From positions 43,620 to 107,619 of the forward strand of contig CAWAWS010000035.1 of the NCBI GenBank assembly GCA_963785725.1: a stretch of 64,000 bases of DNA, written 5' to 3'. Below the pieces are notes generated by a model, which had not been told where the DNA came from, made no database searches, and was given only the letters and a program-made list of their open reading frames with translations. Numbering within the stretch: position 1 is the first letter of the stretch; the number at the start of each line of letters is the position of its first letter. Shown piece after piece: positions 1-13,795 of the stretch. This DNA is from an uncultured delta proteobacterium (lineage in GTDB: Bacteria; Myxococcota_A; Polyangia; Palsa-1104). The position numbers were made by a program, and so were the translations under genes.

Positions 1-136
1 GCTTGCGCTGGCCTTTGCCGGGGATGATGAACAGCGGCAGGATGAAGTCGCCGGCGTCGAGCTGCGTCTCACGAACCAGGCGGCGCAGCGACTCCGAACG
101 ACGCATGCGGCGCGGACGATATTCGGGGAATTGCAT
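1..136 (-). CDS. hemB: Porphobilinogen synthase (ALA dehydratase), 5' end; truncated by window edge
   Basis: Hand translation MQFPEYRPRRMRRSESLRRLVRETQLDAGDFILPLFIIPG matches the HemB N-terminus; follows cobA-hemD on the same strand. Confidence 0.9.
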   Translation of the reverse strand, partial: MQFPEYRPRRMRRSESLRRLVRETQLDAGDFILPLFIIPGKGQRK

Positions 137-147
137 GACGAAAGAGG

Positions 148-1602
148 CTACTCCAACTTCGCTACGGCGTCGATGAGCGCCGGCAGATCGGGCGTCGCCG
201 CGGTGACGATTGTGGGGAGGCCGAGCTCGCGCAACGCGGCGGCCGTCGTGTCGCCGATGGCGCCGAGCCGCACGTTCTCGAGCGCCGCTTTGCCCGCGAG
301 GTCGACGAACGCGCGCGCGCCGCGCGGCGACGTGAACGCGATGGCGTCGAACGGGCGCACGCGATGCTCCTTGAGCGCGGCGGCGAGCGCGGCGTCGTCG
401 CGCACGCTGTCATAGGCGGCGACGGCGTCGACGCGCCAGCCGGCGGCGATGAGCGCGTCGGCGAGCTCGGGACGGCCGTCGTCGGCGCCGAAGAGCAACG
501 CCGGCCCGCCCGCGCCGCCGTCGACGAGCGCGTGCGCCAGCGCCGCGCCGCCGGCGTCACCGACGAAATCGGCGCGCAGCCCGCGTCCGGCCAAGCGTTC
601 GGCGGTCGCGGCGCCGACGGCCGCCAGCTGCACGCCGGCAAACGCGCGCGCGTCGCGACCGAGCGCGGCCAGCGCGCCCGCGACGGAGTCGACCGCGTGG
701 GCGCTGGCGAACGCGAGCGTGCGCACGCCGTCGAGCCGACCGAGCGCGGCCTTGACGTCGGCGAAGCGCGGCACGATCGTCAGCGGCGACACGACGCGCA
801 CGTCGAGCTCGGGACGCGTATTGGGCGCCGCTTTCGTCGTCAGCAGCAAGATGCGCCGCCGCTGCTCGAACCAGCTGATCCGCTGCCGCAAATTGACGAC
901 GGGACCGATGATCGTCAAGGCCGGCGGCTGCACGTCGGCGGCGCGCGCGATGGCCGCGATGGTGCCGATGGTGCCGGTGATGACGCGCTGTCGCGCCGTC
1001 GTGCCGCGCTCGACGAGCGCCACCGGCTCCGACGCCGCGCGCCCGGCGGCCACGAGCCGCGCCATGACCGCATCCAACCGCGAGACGCTCATATAAAGGA
1101 CGAGCGTGCCGGCGGCGTGCGCCAGCTCCGACCAGGCGATGGCGCCCGAGTCTTTGTCTTCCGTCTCCTGCCCGGTGGCGAACGCGACGGCGCCGGCCAG
1201 GCCACGATGCGTGAGCGGAATGCCGGCATAGGCCGGCGCAGCGACGGCGGCGGTGACGCCGGGAACGACCGCGAACGGAATGCCTGCGGCGACTAGGGCT
1301 TCCGCTTCTTCGCCGCCGCGACCGAAGACGAAGGGATCGCCGCCTTTGAGGCGCACGACGATCTGCCCGCGCAGGCCACGGTCGACCAGGAGACGATTGA
1401 TCTCGTCCTGATCGAGGCCGTCGCGGCGCGCCGGGCGGACGATCAGCTCGGCCGTCGCCGGCGCGTGGCGCGCCAGGATCTCGGGCGCGACCAGGCGATC
1501 GGCGACGATGACCTCGGCGCGCGCCAGGCATTCCACGGCGCGCAACGTAATGAGACCGGGATCTCCTGGCCCGGCACCGACGAGATAAACAAATCCTGGC
1601 AC
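148..1602 (-). CDS. cobA: Uroporphyrinogen-III C-methyltransferase / uroporphyrinogen-III synthase fusion
   Basis: VYLVGAGPGDPGLIT, RLKGGDPFVFGRGGEE, VVPGVTA motifs; C-terminal HemD-like half (FASAHAV, AVGAATA, FTSPRG, AIGDTTA). Confidence 0.93.
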   Translation of the reverse strand: MPGFVYLVGAGPGDPGLITLRAVECLARAEVIVADRLVAPEILARHAPATAELIVRPARRDGLDQDEINRLLVDRGLRGQIVVRLKGGDPFVFGRGGEEAEALVAAGIPFAVVPGVTAAVAAPAYAGIPLTHRGLAGAVAFATGQETEDKDSGAIAWSELAHAAGTLVLYMSVSRLDAVMARLVAAGRAASEPVALVERGTTARQRVITGTIGTIAAIARAADVQPPALTIIGPVVNLRQRISWFEQRRRILLLTTKAAPNTRPELDVRVVSPLTIVPRFADVKAALGRLDGVRTLAFASAHAVDSVAGALAALGRDARAFAGVQLAAVGAATAERLAGRGLRADFVGDAGGAALAHALVDGGAGGPALLFGADDGRPELADALIAAGWRVDAVAAYDSVRDDAALAAALKEHRVRPFDAIAFTSPRGARAFVDLAGKAALENVRLGAIGDTTAAALRELGLPTIVTAATPDLPALIDAVAKLE

Positions 1603-1622
1603 TTTCCTGGTATACCATCGCC

Positions 1623-2069
1623 GTGAAAATGGTGTTGTTCGCGGTCATGCTCGCCGCCGCCGGCTGTCGTCAAACTCAGCCTCGGCAGCAAGGCAGCGAG
1701 CCCGAAGTCATCCTCTCGACGCGCGCCGGCGAACAGCATGTTCGCGTCGAGGTCGCGCGCACCGACGACGAGCGCCATCTCGGGCTCATGTATCGCCAGT
1801 CGCTCGAAGGCGGCCGCGGCATGATCTTTTTGTGGGATCATCCGGAGCCGATGAAGTTTTGGATGAAGAACACCTATATCCCGCTGGACATGGTGTTCAT
1901 CAACGCCGATAAGCACGTCATCTTCATCGAGGAGAACGCCGAGCCGCTGACGCTGCAGACGCGTGGCCCCGACGAGGATTCGCAGTTCGTCTTGGAAGTG
2001 CCGGGAGGCTGGGCGCGTGCGCACGGCATCGAGCGCGGCACGTCCGTTCGCTTCAAGGATATCGACTAG
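1623..2069 (+). CDS. DUF192-family lipoprotein
   Basis: Lipobox [48 protein letters not shown]. Confidence 0.88.
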   Translation: MKMVLFAVMLAAAGCRQTQPRQQGSEPEVILSTRAGEQHVRVEVARTDDERHLGLMYRQSLEGGRGMIFLWDHPEPMKFWMKNTYIPLDMVFINADKHVIFIEENAEPLTLQTRGPDEDSQFVLEVPGGWARAHGIERGTSVRFKDID

Positions 2070-2082
2070 TGACTGGAGGAGA

Positions 2083-2814
2083 ATGATGCGCACCGCAATC
2101 GTAGTTGCTCTTGCAAGCCTGAGCGCGCCCGCGTTCGCCGATACGGCGGCCGGCGGCGCCGATCCCATTGCCGGCGGTACCATCTCGATCGAGGACGCCA
2201 CCAAGGGCTTGAAGGGCACCGGCCCGCTGACGGCGAAGATCGATGTCGAGCAGTCGGGCAAGGCGCTCGGCAGCTTCAGCTGCGAATTGTTCGACAAGCA
2301 GACGCCGAAGACGGTGGCCAACTTCGTCGGCCTCGCGCGCGGCACGCGTCCGTGGAAAGATCCGAAGACGCAGGAGTGGGTCAAGAAGCCGCTCTACGAC
2401 GGCCTCGTCTTCCACCGCGTCATCCCCGAGTTCATGATTCAGGGCGGCGATCCCAAGGGTGACGGCACCGGCGATCCCGGCTACTCGTTCGGCGACGAGA
2501 TCGTCGACGAGCTGAAGATGGACAAGGGCGGCATCTTGGCGATGGCCAACCGCGGTCCCGGCACCAACGGCTCGCAGTTCTTCATCACCGAGAAGCCGAC
2601 GCCGTGGCTGACCGGTCGCCACACGATCTTCGGGCAGTGCACGCCGCTCGATCTCGAGATGAAGATCGCGCGCGTGCCGTCGTCGCCGCGGGGCAACGTG
2701 CCGAACGAGCCGGTCAAGATCAAGAAGATCACCATCACGCGCGGCGCGGCCAAGGCGGCGACGAAGACGGCCAAGGCGCCCAAAGCGGCGAAGCCGGCGG
2801 CGGCGACGGAATAA
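2083..2814 (+). CDS. Secreted cyclophilin-type peptidyl-prolyl isomerase
   Basis: GGAGGAG RBS before ATG 2083; signal peptide; [39 protein letters not shown]. Confidence 0.93.
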   Translation: MMRTAIVVALASLSAPAFADTAAGGADPIAGGTISIEDATKGLKGTGPLTAKIDVEQSGKALGSFSCELFDKQTPKTVANFVGLARGTRPWKDPKTQEWVKKPLYDGLVFHRVIPEFMIQGGDPKGDGTGDPGYSFGDEIVDELKMDKGGILAMANRGPGTNGSQFFITEKPTPWLTGRHTIFGQCTPLDLEMKIARVPSSPRGNVPNEPVKIKKITITRGAAKAATKTAKAPKAAKPAAATE

Positions 2815-3335
2815 TGCGCGTCCGGCTCTTCGTAGCGGCGGCGACTTTGGCGGCGGCGTTCGGCGCCGGCGCCGAGGAGCCGAAGCGCTACGAAGGGCCG
2901 TATTTCACCTTCGATTACCCGGCGAGCGCCAAAGCGACGCCGTCGAGCGATCCGACGGCCGAAGGCGCCGTCACCGTTAGTGATAGAAATATCACCGCGG
3001 TCGTGTTGGCCGGGCAAAAGCGCATCGCCGACAGCGAGCTCGAGGCGACGGCGTCGACGTGGCACGCGGCGCGGATGAAAAATCGCGCCGCGTGGGGCGT
3101 CAAAGCCGGCGGCGGCCCGCCGCACGACAACGTGCGCATCGGCGACAAGAGGTGGATGCGCTGGCGCGATCGCCTCGGCAGCGTGCTCGGCGCGCAAGAG
3201 CAGTCGATGACCTGCGGCGGCATCAACGGCCATCTCGGCTGCGTCCTCGTGACGGCGCCGGAAGCCGAACGCGAGGCCGGCGATGCTTATGCCGCCGAGC
3301 TCCTCAAGTCGTTCGTCATTCATCGCCCGCGTTGA
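2814..3335 (+). CDS. Secreted hypothetical protein
   Basis: ATG overlaps upstream TAA (TAATG); signal peptide [20 protein letters not shown]; genome-like codon use. Confidence 0.7.
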   Translation: MRVRLFVAAATLAAAFGAGAEEPKRYEGPYFTFDYPASAKATPSSDPTAEGAVTVSDRNITAVVLAGQKRIADSELEATASTWHAARMKNRAAWGVKAGGGPPHDNVRIGDKRWMRWRDRLGSVLGAQEQSMTCGGINGHLGCVLVTAPEAEREAGDAYAAELLKSFVIHRPR

Positions 3336-3375
3336 CGTCGCGGACTTCACGCTGAACGCTTACGGCGACTAAGGA

Positions 3376-3921
3376 TTACGACTCGTCTTTGTCGTGATCC
3401 TTCTCGTGCTTCTTCTTGTCGTCTTTGTCTTTATGCCGCTTGAACGACATGCGTCCGACTTTGATGTCCGACTTCACGCCGCCGATCGCCTCGTCGTTGG
3501 GGATGAAGCGAATCTCGGTCTTGATCTCGAACGACAACGACGTCAGCAGCTTCTGCATTTCGCCGGAGATGTTGACGCTCTCCAAGAAGCCGCGGATCTC
3601 TTTGCCGACGACGCGCAACAGCTCGTCCTTCGACGACGCCGCCTGCTGGATCAGATAATTCGCGACATCTTTGGGCAGCTTCAGATCGGACGCGAGCTTG
3701 CGAATGCCCTCTTCCGTCGTGAACACGGCGCCGAGCCCGGCGTAAAACGTGCGCCGCACGATGTCGGGGATGAGGTTCTCGAGCCGCCCGCGGCGCGCTT
3801 CGGAGTGCGGCAGATCTTCCGCGTGCGGCGACGCCTGGCGCGCGTCGTCGTCGAGCGGCGGAACCTCGGACTCTCGCGGCGCCTCCTCGTCGGAGCGCGG
3901 CTGATCGTCGCCGTTGGACAT
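3376..3921 (-). CDS. Hypothetical protein, possibly phasin-like
   Basis: 181 aa; FYAGLGAVFTTEEGIRKL resembles the AGLGA motif of PhaF/PhaI-like proteins; -10 TAATGT 7 nt before ATG. Confidence 0.7.
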   Translation of the reverse strand: MSNGDDQPRSDEEAPRESEVPPLDDDARQASPHAEDLPHSEARRGRLENLIPDIVRRTFYAGLGAVFTTEEGIRKLASDLKLPKDVANYLIQQAASSKDELLRVVGKEIRGFLESVNISGEMQKLLTSLSFEIKTEIRFIPNDEAIGGVKSDIKVGRMSFKRHKDKDDKKKHEKDHDKDES

Positions 3922-3968
3922 GTCGTCGACATTACCGCAATTCCGAGTCGATGTTAGAATTTCGCCCG

Positions 3969-5720
<1,752 letters not shown>

Positions 5721-5748
5721 CGCCGCCATAACCGATATTATAATTTAC
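5721..5748. other. Candidate dif-like (Xer-type) recombination site
   Basis: CGCCGCCATAA-CCGATA-TTATAATTTAC: 11-6-11 layout with ATAA-N6-TTAT core, AT-rich, between convergent genes; outer arms imperfect. Confidence 0.35.
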
Positions 5749-5770
5749 GATTGATAACGAGTTTCGCGGA

Positions 5771-7303
5771 TTAACGAAGCGAGGACGTCGGCGTCGAGCC
5801 GGCCGGCGACGCCGACAGCAGCGACTTGCGGATGCGCTCGACCGACGCGCGCGCCGCCGACAGATCGGAGTCGTCGAGCGGCACCGAGTTCCACGCGCGC
5901 AGCGCCGACGCGCTGCCGTTCGTCGCCAGCGCCGACGCCACGCCGCGATCGAAGCGCTGCGCGACCTCCTCGGCGTGACGCGAGAGCGCGCGACGATAGG
6001 CGGCCAACGCCGCGCCATATTGCCGCAGCCGCTCGGCGCTGGGCGTGGCCGCGCTCGAACGCTCGAAGGGATCGACGATGTCGTCGCCCGCGCCGGCGTG
6101 AAACGGATCCTTCAAGTCGTGCAAGTTGGTGCGCGTAAACGGATCCATCAGCCGCAGATCGTCGTCGCTCGGCGGCAGCACCGCGTCGCGCTTGAGCTCG
6201 CGGTCGAGCTTCTCGCGCGCCGCCGCGTCGTCGCTCGTCGCCTTGTCTTCCAGCTTGCCGCTCGACGAGTGCACCGGCGCCGGCGCTTGCATCGCCTCCA
6301 GCGCCTGCAGCTCGGCGCGCGCTTTTTCGACCCACTTCTGCTCGTCCGGCCGCCGCTCCATGCCGACGTATTTCTGGAACGCGCCGATGGCGCTCGACGT
6401 ATCGCCGAGCGCCTTCAACGTCTGCCCGAGCCCGTAATACGGATCGGGATCGTCGGGCTTGAGCTTGATGTACTGCCGATATGCGTCGGCCGAGTCGCGC
6501 CAACGCTCGGCCTTGCGCAGCGCGTGCGCCTGGTTGTACCAGCCGAGCGCGTAGCTCGGGTCGCGCTGCGTCGCCGCCGCGAACGCCTGCGCCGCGTCGC
6601 TGTACTGCTTGAGCGCGAAGTAGGTGTTGCCCAAATCGTTACAGAGATCGAGGTTCCCCGGATCGGCTGCGATGGCGCGCTTGTAGGCTGGCACGGCTTC
6701 GGCCCACTTGTTCTGCGCGCGCAGCTCGTCGGCTTTGGCGCGCAAGGCCGCCGCGTCGTTGCCGCCGCCCGCCGCCGGCACGTGATCGTTCGTCACCGTC
6801 GTCGGCGCCGCCGCCGCCGTGTCCGACGTGCCCGACAGCTTCGACAGCTCGGCCCAGGCCTCGTCCACGAAGCGCTGCTTGGCCGGCGCTTTCTCGATGG
6901 CGACGTACTTCTGATAGGCCGCGACCGCGCCTTTGCTGTCGCCGAGCCCTTGCAGCGCCGCGCCCAGCCCGAAGTAGGTGTCCGAGCGCGACGGATTGAG
7001 CGCGATGTAACGGCGATAATAGTCGGCCGCGTCCGCCCACTCCTTCTTCGCGCGATAGGCATAGGCCAGCTTGTAATAGCCCTCGGGATAATCGGGCACG
7101 CGGGCGACGGTGATCTTCAGCCGGCGAATGGCGTCGTCGTAGCGCTTCTGCTTGAGGGCGGCGGCGGCGAACGCGTCGCAAGCCTTCATGTCGTCGGGAT
7201 GCGCCTCGGCGACGCGCCCGAGATCATCGAGCTCATCGGCGAGCGCGGGCGCCGCGACCGAGGTGAACAGAGCGAACGCGAGCGATGGTGCGAGAACGCG
7301 CAT
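5771..7303 (-). CDS. Secreted TPR-repeat protein
   Basis: Signal peptide; two blocks of TPR repeats (YYKLAYAY, YFGLGAAL, WYNQAHAL, YYGLGQTL). Confidence 0.88.
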   Translation of the reverse strand: MRVLAPSLAFALFTSVAAPALADELDDLGRVAEAHPDDMKACDAFAAAALKQKRYDDAIRRLKITVARVPDYPEGYYKLAYAYRAKKEWADAADYYRRYIALNPSRSDTYFGLGAALQGLGDSKGAVAAYQKYVAIEKAPAKQRFVDEAWAELSKLSGTSDTAAAAPTTVTNDHVPAAGGGNDAAALRAKADELRAQNKWAEAVPAYKRAIAADPGNLDLCNDLGNTYFALKQYSDAAQAFAAATQRDPSYALGWYNQAHALRKAERWRDSADAYRQYIKLKPDDPDPYYGLGQTLKALGDTSSAIGAFQKYVGMERRPDEQKWVEKARAELQALEAMQAPAPVHSSSGKLEDKATSDDAAAREKLDRELKRDAVLPPSDDDLRLMDPFTRTNLHDLKDPFHAGAGDDIVDPFERSSAATPSAERLRQYGAALAAYRRALSRHAEEVAQRFDRGVASALATNGSASALRAWNSVPLDDSDLSAARASVERIRKSLLSASPAGSTPTSSLR

Positions 7304-7385
7304 GAAAAGACTGTATCACCGGCCGCAAAGCCGCGACAGGGACGCCGATCACGACGTCAGACGCAAATGTAGGATTCGAGTCGGG

Positions 7386-8558
7386 TTACAGGCGTTCGAG
7401 GATGGTGCAGGTGGCCTGGCCGAAGCCGATGCACATCGTCTGCAGGCCATATTTGACGTCGCGCTTCTCCATCTCGTTGAGCAGCGTCGTCATGAGCCGC
7501 GCGCCCGACGCGCCCAGCGGATGGCCGAGCGCGATGGCGCCGCCGTTGACGTTGACGTTGTCGAGCTTCCAGCCGAGCTCCTTCGACCACGCCAGCACCA
7601 CCGACGCGAACGCCTCGTTGATCTCGACGAGCCCGATGTCCGACGGCTTCAAATTGGCCTTCGCCAACGCCTTTTGCGTCGCCGGGATCACGCCGTGCAG
7701 CATCATCGTCGGGTCGACGCCGGCCACCGTCATCATCTTCACCCGCGCCCGCGGCTTCAGCCCGAGCTGCTTGGCCTTCTCGCTCGACGTCACCAAGAGC
7801 GCCGCCGCGCCGTCCGAAATCTGCGACGCCGTGCCGGCCGTCACCACGCCGTCCGGCTTGACGACGCCTTTGAGCCCCGCCAGCTTCTCCAGCGTCGTGT
7901 CGGGACGAATGCCCTCGTCCTGGTCGAACACGTGCTCCGAGCCGTCGGCCGCCTTGACCGTCAGCGGCGCGATCTCATCGCGAAAGCGGCCCTGCTCGCG
8001 CGCCTTGGCCGCTCGCGTGTGGCTCTCGAGCGCCAGCTCCTCACACTGCAGCCGCGAAATCCCCCACTTCTCCGCGATCATCTCCGCCGATTGATGCTGC
8101 GGCACGAAGGTGAACTTGTCGTTGAACATGGGCGAAAACGGGAACGTCGGCGCCACGCCGGGCACGCCCATCGCGCCGTCCGAGCCCATCGGAATGCGCG
8201 TCATCGACTCGACGCCACAGGCGACGACCGCGTCCATCATGCCCGTCATGACCGCCTGCGCGGCGAAGTGGAACGCCTGCTGCGAGCTGCCACACTGCCG
8301 ATTCACCGTCGTGCCGGTGACTTCGATCGGATAGCCGGCCATGAGCGCGGCCGTGCGCGCGACGTTGAAGCCCTGCTCGCCGATCTGCGTGACACAGCCG
8401 GCGATGACGTCGTCGATCTCTTTCGGATCGACCTTCACCCGCGCCGCCAGCGACTGCAGGATGAGCGCGAGCAGATCGTCGGCGCGCGTGTTGGCCAGCG
8501 CGCCCTTCTTCTTGCCGATGGCGGAACGTACGGCAGCGACGATGACGGCATCAGACAT
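7386..8558 (-). CDS. Acetyl-CoA acyltransferase (thiolase)
   Basis: NRQCGSS, NEAFA, GGAIALGHPLGASG, MCIGFGQ. Confidence 0.95.
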   Translation of the reverse strand: MSDAVIVAAVRSAIGKKKGALANTRADDLLALILQSLAARVKVDPKEIDDVIAGCVTQIGEQGFNVARTAALMAGYPIEVTGTTVNRQCGSSQQAFHFAAQAVMTGMMDAVVACGVESMTRIPMGSDGAMGVPGVAPTFPFSPMFNDKFTFVPQHQSAEMIAEKWGISRLQCEELALESHTRAAKAREQGRFRDEIAPLTVKAADGSEHVFDQDEGIRPDTTLEKLAGLKGVVKPDGVVTAGTASQISDGAAALLVTSSEKAKQLGLKPRARVKMMTVAGVDPTMMLHGVIPATQKALAKANLKPSDIGLVEINEAFASVVLAWSKELGWKLDNVNVNGGAIALGHPLGASGARLMTTLLNEMEKRDVKYGLQTMCIGFGQATCTILERL

Positions 8559-8726
8559 GACGAGCTCCTGGGTTCGAAGGAAATGGACCCGTCGACTGTA
8601 CTGACTGAGCGGTCATTCGTCAACGCGACCCGCGCCAAACCCGTGTGTGACTGAGTTCTCCGACGCCAAAAACGACGCTGTGACGAAAGTTGTATCCAAT
8701 GAAGGAAAATGTACTACAATGTAGGC

Positions 8727-8813
8727 ATGATCTTCGTCTTCGGTAACGTCGCCCTGCTCTTCGTCACCGTCGGTCTCTTCGTCGCCACCGTGTCGATTAA
8801 AAAGCCGCACTGA
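8727..8813 (+). CDS. Small single-TM protein, 28 aa (MIFVFGNVALLFVTVGLFVATVSIKKPH); absent from the ORF track
   Basis: Third positions mostly G/C inside an AT-richer intergenic region; one hydrophobic helix plus basic tail; TACAAT 6 nt before ATG; alternative in-frame ATG at 8709. Confidence 0.6.
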   Translation: MIFVFGNVALLFVTVGLFVATVSIKKPH

Positions 8814-8867
8814 ACTAATTGCGTTGTGCGCTCCTACCGTTAGGCATAAAAAGGGGCGAGGACGACG

Positions 8868-10016
8868 GTGGCCAGCGACGATCACGCAGTGCGGCAAGCG
8901 GCCGCGTCCAACGGGCGCGCCAACTTGTCACGCGTCGACCACGCCACGCTCGGCGACGTCGAGGCCATGCGCCTCTTGTTACGTGGCGCGTCGGTCATCG
9001 ACTGGCACACGCTGTCGTTTCATGACGGCGCCGAGGTCGATCGTTTTCTCCGGCTGAACGAGTTCGATCCCGAAAACGCCGAGGACAACGATCGGCTCGA
9101 AGAGCTGCGCGCCGACGCCGTCGAGTACCTGACGCGCAACTTCAGCTACCACATCCCCGACGACGTTGCGCATGCGATGCCGGCGCGCGAGCTATTCCTG
9201 TTGGCGTCGTCGCGCGGCAAAAAGCAGGTCTACGCCTGCATCGTCTTGAAGGTGATGCACGTCATGCATCACTTGGCCGGCCGCGAGTTGCTCTTCAAGC
9301 TGCCGGTCTCCGACGACGAAGTGTTCGGCTTCGTCGAGAGCAAGGTCGTCAAGGTGGTCGAGCAGATTCGCGCCGCCGGCTATCCGATCGTCGAGTTCGC
9401 CTGGAGCCGCAAAGAGCGCGACTCGGTGGTGACGAAGCTGCTGGCGAAGAAGGCGACCATCGCCGCCGACGTCTTCGACAAGCTGCGCTTTCGCCTCATC
9501 ACGCGCACGCTCGAGGACTTGCCGGCGGTGCTGCACGAGCTCTTGCATCGGCTGGTGCCGTTCAACTACGTCATTCCGGGCCAGACCGTGAACGGGATCC
9601 TGCCGTTTCGGAAGCTGCTCGAGGTCATGCCGCCGTACGCGCGCTACTCCGACCAGCTGCAGCTCGATCTCGACACCGAAGAGGTCGAAGCCAGCGGATC
9701 GAACGAGTTCTCGGGGCCGACGTATCGCGTGATCAACTTCGTCGCCGACTTGCCGGTGCGGATCGATCAGTTCTTGAATCGGCTGCCCGACGGCGACAAC
9801 GAGCTGGGCACGACGATCTTCGTGCTCACCGAATTCCAGGTCATGGACGCGGACACGGCGCGGCAGAACGAAGCCGGCGACAACTCGCACGCGAACTACA
9901 AGGCGCGCCAGCACGATCGCGTCCGCCTGCGCCTGCGCCAAGGCGAAAAAGGCCTGCGCGAAGCCGCGCTCTCGACGCCGCCCGCCAACGCCTCCGAAGA
10001 CGACGACGAAGACTAA
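8868..10016 (+). CDS. TIGR04552-like myxobacterial protein with RelA/SpoT-synthetase-like motifs
   Basis: LLLRGASVIDW N-terminus and overall pattern recalled as this family; RKERDSVVTK, DKLRFR, YRVIN, EFQ, HANYK. Confidence 0.8.
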   Translation: MASDDHAVRQAAASNGRANLSRVDHATLGDVEAMRLLLRGASVIDWHTLSFHDGAEVDRFLRLNEFDPENAEDNDRLEELRADAVEYLTRNFSYHIPDDVAHAMPARELFLLASSRGKKQVYACIVLKVMHVMHHLAGRELLFKLPVSDDEVFGFVESKVVKVVEQIRAAGYPIVEFAWSRKERDSVVTKLLAKKATIAADVFDKLRFRLITRTLEDLPAVLHELLHRLVPFNYVIPGQTVNGILPFRKLLEVMPPYARYSDQLQLDLDTEEVEASGSNEFSGPTYRVINFVADLPVRIDQFLNRLPDGDNELGTTIFVLTEFQVMDADTARQNEAGDNSHANYKARQHDRVRLRLRQGEKGLREAALSTPPANASEDDDED

Positions 10017-10083
10017 CCAACCCGCCGTCAATCGCTTCAGGTGAGCCTATGGGCCGCGCAGTAGGTTTCAGGCGTGACCGCCG

Positions 10084-10222
10084 GTAGTCGCGCCTAAAAC
10101 CGTAGCGAGCAGGCCCAAGCGCAAGGCGGAGCGAGCACCGGAGCGCAGCAGCCTCTTGGCTGTGAGCACCGGAGCGCAGCGACAACGCGGCGCTTGGGAC
10201 GCGCAGTAGGTTTTAGGCGTGA

Positions 10223-10226
<4 letters not shown>
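10084..10226. repeat. MITE/REP-like element with 18-bp terminal inverted repeats (copy A); an extra terminal fragment lies at 10051-10078
   Basis: GTAGTCGCGCCTAAAACC ... GGTTTTAGGCGTGACTAC (17/18); internal CCCAAGCG/CGCTTGGG stem and duplicated GAGCACCGGAGCGCAGC; homologous to 33707-33806. Confidence 0.75.
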
Positions 10227-12859
<2,633 letters not shown>

Positions 12860-13024
12860 CGGGCTGCGCGCTCCTGCTCACGCGTGTGAGCAGCACATCG
12901 TATCGCCGCGCCGGACGTGGTCCAAGCGAAATCGTGGCTCACGAGCCCCAATTGGCCGACTGCTAAACGTCACTTCAGTGCATGAATGAGCTAGTTGGGG
13001 GCGCTTGCCCATGGCTCGCGAGCC

Positions 13025-13795
13025 TCAGAAGTAGAGGCGCGCTTCGGCGTCCTGCTCGCGATGGCGACGCTGGCCGCCGACGACGAACGCGTCGATGATT
13101 CCGTAAGCGGTGACGGCGAGGAGCGCGGTGAAGCAGGTGATGTTGATGCCGCGTGCGCTCGTGTACAGCGCTTCGTGGCCGGCGAAGGTGTGATCGTGGC
13201 CTTCGAAGTGCGTCAGCAAGCTGTAGGTGACGATGGTGCCGCCGAGCAGCGCGAGCTCGAGGCCGCCGAGCACGAAGCCTTTGACGCGCTGATGATTCTG
13301 GAACTGCCCCACCGTCGGCAATAGGTCGAGCCCCCAGTTGTAGCGCGGCACGGTCCGACGATAGACGGCGAGCAGCTCTTCGCGATGGCGCAGCCGCACT
13401 TCGTCGAAGAAGGCGACGGCTTCGGGGCGGACGAGGCGCGGATCGAGGCGCGTTTGCGGCTCTTCGCGCATGAGCAAGAGGAACGCGCCCTCAGCCGCCG
13501 TCTTGCGATCGGTCAGCGTGCAGGCAATGCCGTAGACGCGTAAGGCTTCGATGCGATCGACTTGCAGCGGCAGCTCGCGCGCGCCGTTCTCGACGATGGG
13601 CCGCAGCCGATTGACGACCGCTTCGTAGTCGCCGAAGTCGAAGCGCTCGAGCGCGTCGGCGATGGGCGACTCGGCGTGCGACAGCTGCGCCGGCTCGGGC
13701 GCGATCGTCACGCCCGGCGGCGGCGCGTCGGCGTGCGCGCTGGTCGTCGCCGCCGTGAGCGCGAACACGATGATGCAGCAGCGATTAGCGGACAT
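13025..13795 (-). CDS. Secreted TPR-like protein with C-terminal hydrophobic helices
   Basis: Signal peptide; helical region ending LDPRLVRPE; overlaps upstream gene. Confidence 0.7.
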   Translation of the reverse strand: MSANRCCIIVFALTAATTSAHADAPPPGVTIAPEPAQLSHAESPIADALERFDFGDYEAVVNRLRPIVENGARELPLQVDRIEALRVYGIACTLTDRKTAAEGAFLLLMREEPQTRLDPRLVRPEAVAFFDEVRLRHREELLAVYRRTVPRYNWGLDLLPTVGQFQNHQRVKGFVLGGLELALLGGTIVTYSLLTHFEGHDHTFAGHEALYTSARGINITCFTALLAVTAYGIIDAFVVGGQRRHREQDAEARLYF

